A stretch of DNA of 64,000 bases from Octopus vulgaris. Lineage: Eukaryota. The notes below the pieces were generated by a model. It was not told the origin of the DNA. It was given only the letters and a program-made list of their open reading frames with translations, and searched no databases. The position numbers and the translations under genes were made by a program. The stretch is taken from assembly GCA_951406725.2 (NCBI GenBank), contig OX597821.1:40052001-40116000 (forward strand). Direction: 5' to 3'. Below, piece after piece: positions 54,372-64,000 of this stretch (position 1 is its first letter; the number at the start of each line of letters is the position of its first letter).

Positions 54372-57079
54372 GGAGGTGTTTTATCCATCACACAGTACTG
54401 TACTAGTGACAGTACAGACAGTTTTATGTAATTGACTAAAACCAACGTTGAGTGAATTCTGAGTTTCTCATGTTATAAATATTCAATCGTATTTCATCTT
54501 TGCCAGAGAGAACAGATTTTTCTCAAAGTTTTAACTAATAGTTTACTAGTATTTCCCATTTTCTTGTTCTTTTTTATGCTTCTGAGCTGCAAGATGAGTT
54601 TCCTTTGTGTGGCAGGGTCACAGTATAAAGTTAATTACCATATAATTTAATCATAATCAAACTTGTCTTAAGCAAAAATCTTCTTGCGTTTGGACAATAT
54701 AACAATTCCCAGACTAGGTTCTCTCTTGAAATTCATTTATCTTTTACTTTCTTTGCCACATAAACTGACATGACCCACTTCTTAACCAATTTTCTTTTAC
54801 TCTTTCTGTTTTCTATCACCAACTTAACATCAAGTCAGGCTTTTTTTTTCTTGTTATTTTTTTCTTTTATCTCATTTTCAATTTCTGTTGTTCAAAAGAC
54901 ATTTTTTGTTTTTCTTTTTGTCAAATCGTTTTTGTTTCTATTTTCTTCTGTCTGTGTTCTTTTCTTTTCTATTATTGCTCCTTATAACTTTCAAATGTAA
55001 AAATAACATTCTTTTTGCTAGACATTCACCAGTTCTGACATTTTATTACTTAACTCTTTATATTCAATGAAAGAAGCAAAAAGAAAAGAGAAAGAAGAAG
55101 CGAAAGCAAACTTTAAACCAATAGACTTCATACTTTGATTGAATTGTATTGAAAACAATCACTTTTGCAACCAAGAAAAATATTTCCCTTTTTATATAAA
55201 GTGAAAAATTGGCATGCAACTATCATATATGAACTTTAGGTGATGAATATCATATTAGAATTGTGGGCAAACATACGTACATACATACATGTGACTGTGT
55301 GCGTATCATGTCTATTTATTTATGTATGTATATTATACACAGACATACACATATGCACACATACACATGCACACATCCATGCACACATACACACAGGAGT
55401 TGGATTACAGATGCTGTGATTAAATTTTGTGTTGACAACTATGATAATACAGCAATTTCCCATTTCCAGTACCAAACATCCATTAGAATTTTTATAAGTT
55501 TAATATTAACATTTCGAAGATGAATTTCCATGTCTAAATGGAATTTGGTGAGTAATACCTAAATCTGTTTATATAGCAAATATTTCATTTAATTTTCTGT
55601 TAACAGCTATATTTTAAATGTAAAGATATTTTAGATTTTGCCCTCCAAAATCATGTAAAAATGAAATGCCTGCTACTGTAGGAGTGGCAGACATTTGATT
55701 TTGTATTCATTGTGGCTATGATTTTAAAGCTTAGGCAAAAGACATTGAAAAATTAAGGCCTTCCACAAATACATGAAATTCACATAGCAATGGAAAAGCC
55801 TTTGCACTGTCACTTGATGTGCTAGAAATAGCAACTAATTCCCATCATAGAAAACCCCTATTATTCTGAAGTAAGAAGAGCAAGTTTTTTTAGTTGGGTT
55901 TTAGGGTACAGCCTAACACATTTCACCACTTCAGAGAGTGTACTGTACTTTTTACATAGCACCAACGCTAGTGGCAATCACCTTATAACATACAAGCCTA
56001 AAGGCCTAAAGTTTGCCCTGTAACTGAAGGAAAATAGGATCTAATATTTACATTCTTTAATTTAGAAATTCACAAAACTCAGTGTGCAGACTAGCAGGAG
56101 TGACTATCACTTCCAACTTTATTGATGAGTTATAGATTATGCAGAATTCAAGACTGATCACACTGCAAATTTGAGGCCTGAATTAGCACAAAGTCACAGT
56201 AAATATTACTTACAGTGCAGACAATTTGACTATAAGTTGGAATTTTAATTCTAGTTTAGTCAGAGTTGGTCTTGCTTTGAGCAACTGAGCTCATCATTTC
56301 TGATGATGAGCTTAATCACTCATATTATTTCTGTTGTGCTGCTTCCTATACAGTAAACTGAACTAATCTGCCTCATGTATATGTAATCAAATACATAGAT
56401 CTACTTCTAAAGTATACCTACCCTAGAAACAGCTGTAAAAATCTACTTACACTTTCTTATCTATCCCCTGCAAGATTTACACTTTCACCAGTTTTCCCAT
56501 GGATTTACTTACCTATCCAGATTTAATCAACATGAAAGGCCTCTCTAATTTTCTTTAATCTTGTCAACAGCATTAGAATATAATTTTCTTGGACACCTAT
56601 CCCACTATGCCTAATCACCTGCTATATTTATATATTTTTTTCTCTCTCCTGCATAATTACACTATAAATGATTCGATACCTTTGAACAGCATGTTTATAA
56701 TTTATTCTCTTATATATGCATGTGTGTGTTTGTGTGAATGTGTGTGTGTGTGCATGAATGTGTGTGCATGCATGTGTGTGTGTGTATATAATCAAGATGT
56801 CGTAATGAAGAAAGGAGAATTTATACTTATACAATAGTCATTAAAGTATTTTCTTCACATTCACTTCCAACACATGTTTCTGCTGGATTAATTTCCTAGT
56901 GTCCTTTCATCTAGTAGTTATGTGCAATCAGTAAAATTGTATCAAATAGGATTTACCTACCGAATGAGTTGCAGATTAATTGTTGATCTTAAACAATTCT
57001 AACTGTTCCCTATCATTAGATATGGTTAGCCAGATCTGGATTGTGCTCATAAAGTAGCTGTCAGATTTTAAATACCTAC

Positions 57080-58060
57080 ATCGCCTTACTGGCATTTGTG
57101 CTGGTGGCACGTAAAAAACGGAAAGGCAAAAAACATTCGAACGAGGTCGTTGCCAGTGCTGCTGGACTGGCTCCTGTGCAGGTAGCACATAAAAAGCACC
57201 ATTGAGTGTGGCCACTGCCAGTCCTGCCTGACTAGCCCTCGTGCCGGTGGCACGTAAAAGCATCCACTACACTCTCGGAGTGGTTGGCATTAGGAAGGGC
57301 ATCCAGCCGTGGAAACACTACCAGATCAAACTGGAGTCTGGTGCAGCCATCTGGTTTGCCAGACCTCAATCAAATCGTGCAACCCATGCCAGCTTGGAAA
57401 GCAAACGTTAAACGATGATGATGATGATGATGGTGATTCCTTTACATAATACATTTATATAGTGCATCTGTAAGAGATTGTCAACCAGCCCAAAGAAGTT
57501 TGTGTCTGGGCCTGGCCCCAGATCAGCCCATTGGGAATATAATCAATGAGCTGGCAGTTATTCTGTATGTTACTGTCTAGCTTACCAGTAAAACACGTCT
57601 AAATTGAAGATATCATAATTGGTGTATTGTCCATTGCTTCAATGTCTGTTGTGCCAACAAATTTCATGACTGCCAGAAATACTCTTCATCATCATCATCA
57701 TCATCATCATCGTTTAACGTTCGCTTTCCATGCTGGCATGTGTTGGATGATTTGACTGAGGGCTGGCGAACCAGATGGCTACACCAGGCTCCAGTGTTGA
57801 TTTGGTAGAGTTTCTACAGCTGGATGCCCTTCCTAATGCCAACCACTCCGAGAGTGTAGTGAGTGCTTTTACGTGCCACTAGCACGGGAGCCAGTCAAGC
57901 GGTACTGGCAACGACCTCGCCTGAACGTTTTTACACATACCACTGGCACAAGTGCAAATAAAGCGACGCTGATACGATCACACTTGAATGGTGCCTTTTA
58001 CATGCCACTGGCACGGAAACCAGTTAACCACTCTGGCAATAATTACGCTTGGATGGTGCT
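57080..58060. mobile_element. Two RTE 3' UTR copies, tail-to-tail inverted (57080-57432 +, 57687-58060 -)
   Basis: Both carry tandem ggcacgtaaaa units and (GAT)n tails. Confidence 0.85.
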
Positions 58061-58527
58061 CGAAATTCTCTTAATGACCTCTTAGATGCATTGACCACTA
58101 TAGTACAACCTGTCACTACATCTCTGGGTCATCCAACAGGCATACTCATGCTCTGGGTTGGACTGTATGCTTAGTGACCACTACCAACAATTCCAGTTAG
58201 TAAGCTTTTCTATGGTATTCCTTCTTATCTGTGGCTCATGATAATGTTGCATTAATCCAGTTAGAAAAACTGACGATGTAAGCATGATTACTAATAAAAT
58301 ATACAGACAAACTGATTGGTTAGAAAGGGGACGACATGGGTTTGTCTGTTGATACCAAGCTTTCAGTTGTTAGCTCTTGTTGTTGACAGAAGCAAGTTAC
58401 TGGTTTGCAAATCTATATTTCAGATTCTGGTACAATCAAACAACAAGAACAAGAAGCATTTGGTTCACACTCTGCTATGTTATTGGTGGCAAAGGGATAA
58501 TCTGTACATTGAAGAACATATATATAT

Positions 58528-58772
58528 ATCGTTACTATTATGCAAAATTGTCGTAAGTCCAAAATGTTGCTTTTTCAGAAAATGAAAAAATTGTTTCAAC
58601 ATTCCATAGCAAAACCATTGTACTACACTTTGACAATTTTTGATACCTTGGCATCTGAAGCAGCTGGAGAGGCATCAGTTTGACCAAAAGAACCAGCTCT
58701 TGCAAGCAAAAATAAATATTGAAACGCATTTGAACAAATTTGGAGATACAACAGTATAACATAATAGCAACG

Positions 58773-58775
<3 letters not shown>
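58528..58775. mobile_element. MITE-like element with imperfect TIRs in (TA)n
   Basis: atcgttactattatg... at the left, ...cataatagcaacgat at the right; complementarity extends about 40 bp. Confidence 0.6.
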
Positions 58776-58847
<72 letters not shown>

Positions 58848-59124
58848 TGTATGTATGTATGTATGTATGTATGCATAAATATACACTCAAATATAATGTA
58901 ATGTGATGTCCATGTATCTATGCACATTTACATAGTTGGTATTGATGCTTTCAGATAAATGAGTTAGCAATTATTTTGGATTAATTACATGGGAAATTAG
59001 AACTAGTTAAATCATTGGGCATTACATTTTCTCAACACCATCCACATCACAACAGAATACAGCACAAAGGAAATATATACATTTATATACAAATGCATAT
59101 ACATCCATGTATGTATGTATGTAC

Positions 59125-59155
<31 letters not shown>

Positions 59156-59175
59156 TGTATGTATGTATGTATGTA

Positions 59176-59238
<63 letters not shown>

Positions 59239-59429
59239 CTATGTATGTATGTATGTATATGCGAATGAGAGAACAGTTTTTGCAGATTAACATTGGATGA
59301 GAGAAGTAAAATTGCTATAAATATTAAATATTATTGTCAGCTAAAAGTAGAACACTGTTTAATATTGAGTGGCTCTTTGTTAAACAATTAATAAATGTTT
59401 TATAAAGCCTCTTTCCTTGTGGAATAATA

Positions 59430-60640
59430 TTTAATGTAATAGAGAGGCTGTGGGAGGGAAGGAGAGACGTGCTGTGCATGATGAGAGGAGATGAGAAGAA
59501 GAACGAGATGAGTGAGTGGAATGTAATGATGAGAGAAGAAGTCAGAAGCAAGTGATTGTGTGAAAATTAAGAGTATGAGTGTGAGTGGGAGTGGGAGTGG
59601 GAGGGGTAGTGGGAGAGGTTGGAGAGCATGTGTGAGAGTTAGCAAAAAGGGCTTTCTGGTGAGGAACAGAGAATGGTAAAATGGTAAGAAGGCGCATTGA
59701 GGAAAGAGTAGTAATATACGAAGGTCTAGAGAGGTATGATGAGAAAGAGAGAGAGGGAGGGAGAGAGTAAGTGAGAGAGAGAAAGAGAGAGAGAGTGGGT
59801 CTGAGTGAATACATGGTTGTTGGAGGGGGAGGAAAGAGAGGTAAAATAAATATGTAGCAAAGAGGAGCAGGGAGAGAGGAAAGATGAATAAAAGAAAGGA
59901 GAGAGAGAGTAATAAGTAACAGAATTGTGGCCAAAATAGAGGCAGAGGAATATGAAGAGAATTATATCATCAGAAAATGGTAAATGAAGTGAGTATAAAA
60001 GAATGAAAGGTGATGTGTATCATTAAAAGAAATTAAGAGAATTTTAGTGGAGGGGGAGTAAGAGGAAGGGAGAGAGGGGGGAATGAGAGAGATAAGCAAA
60101 TAGAAAGAAATGGATGGGAATGAAATGCAAAGGCCGAGGTAGAGAGAAAGATTGGCTAAGATGAATAGAAGAAGGAGAATATGAAAAAAATAAAGAATTT
60201 GTTAGAGAAAAAGAGAGAAGGAGTAATTGAATGGGAGAGGGTTAGCATGAAAAAATGAAAAATAAATAAGAAAAATAATTGAGAGAAAAATAGAAATGAA
60301 AAATGGTTAAAAAAGAAAGAGAGGAAGATTGAGAAGTGAGAAGGAGACAGAGAGAGAGAGGTGTGGAAGAAAGCTGAATAAAATAGAAAAACGACTGGAG
60401 AAATAAAAACTAAGAAAAATGGCCAGGGAATGGTAAAAGAGGAAGCGATTTGTACAGAGAGAGTAAGAGAAAAAAATAGAGAATGATAAAAATTGTGAAA
60501 GCTGTGATTAATGACTGCAATCAGATCTATAAAAGGATTTGATTGGCAAAACTTAAAACGATAATCTGCAAAAAAGCGAAATCCCACAGGGAAGGAAGTT
60601 AGCAAAAGAGATAAAAGAAAAACAAATGTAATATAAATAA
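59430..60640 (+). repeat. About 1.2-kb purine-rich (GA) low-complexity tract
   Basis: Strong strand purine skew; a similar tract lies at 8590-8940. Confidence 0.85.
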
Positions 60641-60939
60641 ATAAATAAACAAATGCATAATGATAACATGACTAATTTTAAAGAAGACATACCATTATTT
60701 ATTAAAATGAACAGTTTTTGCTATGCTCTACCAACACGAAGAGTTCTAGGAATCATTTTTGATGGTGGCAGTTGTAGTGACAATAGTAGCTGTCAGTAAA
60801 CAGTTTTTTTTTTCTCCTCTATTGGTGATTTCTTTTGATTAGGTACAGTGCAAGGCAACAGCAATTTCTGTAAGAGAGACAGTAATTACCTCATGATATC
60901 ACTGGTACTTATTTTATACAATACATTGTAGTTGTGATA

Positions 60940-61262
60940 CCTGTGCCGGTGGCACATAAAAAGCACCATCCGAATGTGGCCGTTGCTAGTACCGCCTTGA
61001 CTGGCTTCCGTGCCGGTGGCATGTAAAAAGCGCCAACCAATTGTGGCCATTGCCAGCCTCATCTGGCACCTGTGCCGGTGGCACATAAAAAGCACCCACT
61101 ACACTCAGGGAGTGGTTGGCATTAAGAAGGGCATCCAGCTGTAGAAACACTGCCAGATCAGACTGGAGCCTAGTGCAGCCCCTGGCTTCCCATACCCTGG
61201 TCGAACAGTCCAACTCATGCTAGCATGGAAAACGGACGTTAAACGATGATGATGATGACGAT
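60940..61262 (+). mobile_element. RTE 3' UTR fragment with three tandem units
   Basis: gtgccggtggca(c/t)(a/g)taaaaagc three times, then conserved tail. Confidence 0.88.
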
Positions 61263-63009
61263 GGTATCACCATCGTCATCATCACCATCATCATTTAATG
61301 TCCACACAATGCCAAAATGGAACATGAATGTTAAATCTGGTGTCCATGAGAGATGTAATCTCAGGAAAAATACTGTGGCAGTTGGCCTATCACCTGTGTA
61401 TATACGTTATATATGATATGTGCACAACTATTTTAATTTAATACTGCCTCAATTATGTACACCAGATTTTTATTCAGCTGGATAGCTCTTCCCAACATCA
61501 GTGAATGTTTAATTGAGTTCTTATGTCAGAGGTGGGGAATTTTCATTCAAGCATGTGAATGGCTGCAAGTATGTGCCACATTGCAAAGCACCCCCCACCC
61601 CACCACAAAAAAAGGCCAATCTGTGTCTGATACTCTTGCTGGTCACTGCTGAGATGAATTTTTGTCTCTCTCTGAAATTCATTGTGTTTTTAATACAGTA
61701 CATTTATAAGAGATGTTATCTCAGGACAAATATTTCAGTAACTGGCCCATCAACTATGAATAAATATATATTATGTATGATATATATAGACTACTATGGA
61801 TGTTAAATATTGTTTGAAATCAAAAACATAGAGAGGTAACTCTGTATACTTTAAACACCAACTTGAGGATGTAATAAAATTTCTTCACACAAATAATATC
61901 CATAATAGAAGGGGTACAGCTTCAAGGATGGATCTCAATATTTTGCGAGTACTGAATGATGGAGAATATAAGAAGAATCCTTGCAGAATTTCAGATCATA
62001 AAATGGAACTAAAAACTATTTTAGAATTTAATCTGTCATTTTACTATTTCTGTCAACTCTTCACATTTTGCTGACGTGATAATATTATTGAATTTGATTG
62101 ATCATCTCCTTCATTTCTCTCTGCATCCAGTGATTGATTACCACAAATGTAGCTTTTACGTCCTCCAAGATTGACTTTGACTTTCATCATTCTACGAGAA
62201 ATTATATTTTTCCATACAAGCATAACAGGTTACCCATCAGTGCTTACTTCATTGGATGGGAGTCTGTTCAGTATATCACGACCATTTATTATGATGCTGT
62301 GGCACATCTCCCCTATGAGTAATGGAATCATTTGGCCTCACGAGACAAATAGCTTACCTGTCATACAAAGTGAAACTATGGAAACCAATAGAATTAGTGG
62401 AGATGAGGGTCAACATTTTGCAAATAATTAAACAAATCCTTCACAATATAAAATGAGTGTGCTGTGCAGAGCAGGAGGATTCTTGATGTTTTGAACAGGG
62501 CTTGTCTTCCAGTGGAGGGTCTTGTTCATTCTTCATAACAAACTAACTCAGTTAACTTTATAATACAAACTGTTACTCCATTGTATCCTTTTCTCACTGT
62601 TTACTGTGAGGCAGCATTTTCTATTCACTGTTGAATACTCCTTTTTTAAGGACACAGCAAACATAGAGTCAAGGACAAAATGCCAACAGTAAACCATTTA
62701 TATTAATAAATCGATGATTTGTGAAATAATCTATTTTAATCTAAATCAAGTCCTTTCAGATATTAGAATAAAGAAGCATGTTCCAATTTTTTTTTACACC
62801 TGAGTTTTGTTAGTAAACTTATTTCAGTTCTTGTTTTGTTAGTAAACTTCTTTGGTTGTTCTTTAGTGTCAACTTAACCCAATAAAAAGAGTAGCTAATC
62901 CACAGCCATGACATTTTTAGGGGAGAAGCATGTAAAGAAGCTGAGCATTAAATAGCATTATACTTCATTGTTGTATTGTATAGTATCAAACAGTATCAGT
63001 TTCAAGTTC

Positions 63010-63207
63010 TGGCACAAGGCCAGCAATTTGAGGGAGGAGGTGGCAAGTTGATTATATCAGCCCCAGAGCTCAACTGGTACTTATTTCATCAACCCCAAGA
63101 TGATGAAAGGTAAAGTCAACTTTGGTGGATTTTGAACTCAGAATTTAAAGGCTGACTGAAAGACAAAATGCTGCCAAACATTTTGCCCGGCCTCTCAATT
63201 CTGCCAT
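63010..63207 (-). mobile_element. SINE family A, diverged
   Basis: ggcacaaggccagcaattt...ctggtacttattt...gaactcagaa. Confidence 0.8.
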
Positions 63208-64000
63208 AATTCCACAGAGTAATAAATAGTATTATATAGCCTTCACTGTTTTTGAATAACATTTTCAAGTTGATTCAATACTTGGAAGACTTCCAAGATC
63301 CACGACATTATCACCATCATCATCTTCATCAACATCATCATTATCATCATCACCAGGACATTTAAAATTAAATAGATTATAAAAATCAAACTGATAAAGA
63401 GACAAAGATATAATTTTTATTAACTGCTAATCAATAGACTTACCATTCCTCTTCCCTGTTTCAATGCATTAAACTTGTCAAACAATAATTGAGTTTAATC
63501 ATTACATTCTCATAAATAAAACCAGCCAAACAAATCAGATTTCTCCTAATATTTTATAGAGCTTGTAACGATGACCATCCCTGTTAAATCAAAAATCAGG
63601 ATTTCTCCTTTAACCTTATGTCAGTAAGAACTATAAACTCTAAGTTTAAATTTATTTAACTTTTTCAACATCCAACCATAAAAACAAATTTATATTACAT
63701 TTAAATTGTAGATTAGGAGAAAGTATTTAACTTTGTGTATGTTTGTTGCTTGTGTAACACTGTTGTAATTTACAGAATTCACATGTTGTTACATTTAAAC
63801 CAGAATCAACTGAAAGTAGAATCTATAGAAAAAGAATCCAGTTATATATATTTGCTATATAATTGGCCAAGCCATCGTTCTCTTTAGTTAACTTTCAGAA
63901 TGCCTCAAACACATCGGCTAAACTCTCAATATCATGTCGGTAAAAATAACAGTAGTTTTGTATTCATTTTTGTTATTTCCACTCCTAGACTAGCAAATCT

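Noticed and set aside
61880-62560. Possible decayed reverse transcriptase or exon
   Set aside because: No diagnostic motif could be read with confidence.

Overview
Eukaryotic, AT-rich, microsatellite-dense DNA. The repeat content (tRNA-derived SINEs, RTE tails ending in (GAT)n, abundant TA/CA/TACA/TTA tracts) is most consistent with an octopus or other coleoid cephalopod intron or intergenic region; this is recognition, not a database result. No host gene can be called confidently, and almost all ORF-track entries are microsatellite or antisense artefacts. Recognisable content: mariner remnants, several SINE families, RTE and CR1-type LINE fragments, three restriction-like-endonuclease (RLE, R4/Dong-like) retrotransposon remnants, a Penelope-like GIY-YIG fragment and MITE-like foldbacks. 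The main signal is about 11 minimal type I hammerhead ribozyme (HHR) motifs, intact to decayed, in several unrelated short non-coding elements, mostly in or beside (TA)n tracts. They include a near-intact HHR (48661-48759), one with a compensatory U3:A8 core (37080-37122) and a tRNA-headed SINE carrying an HHR (1518-2024, 34682-35035). This suggests a set of Penelope-mobilised retrozyme-like RNAs. A short 28S rRNA-like fragment also sits inside a SINE head. Coordinates were counted by eye and may be off by a few bases.
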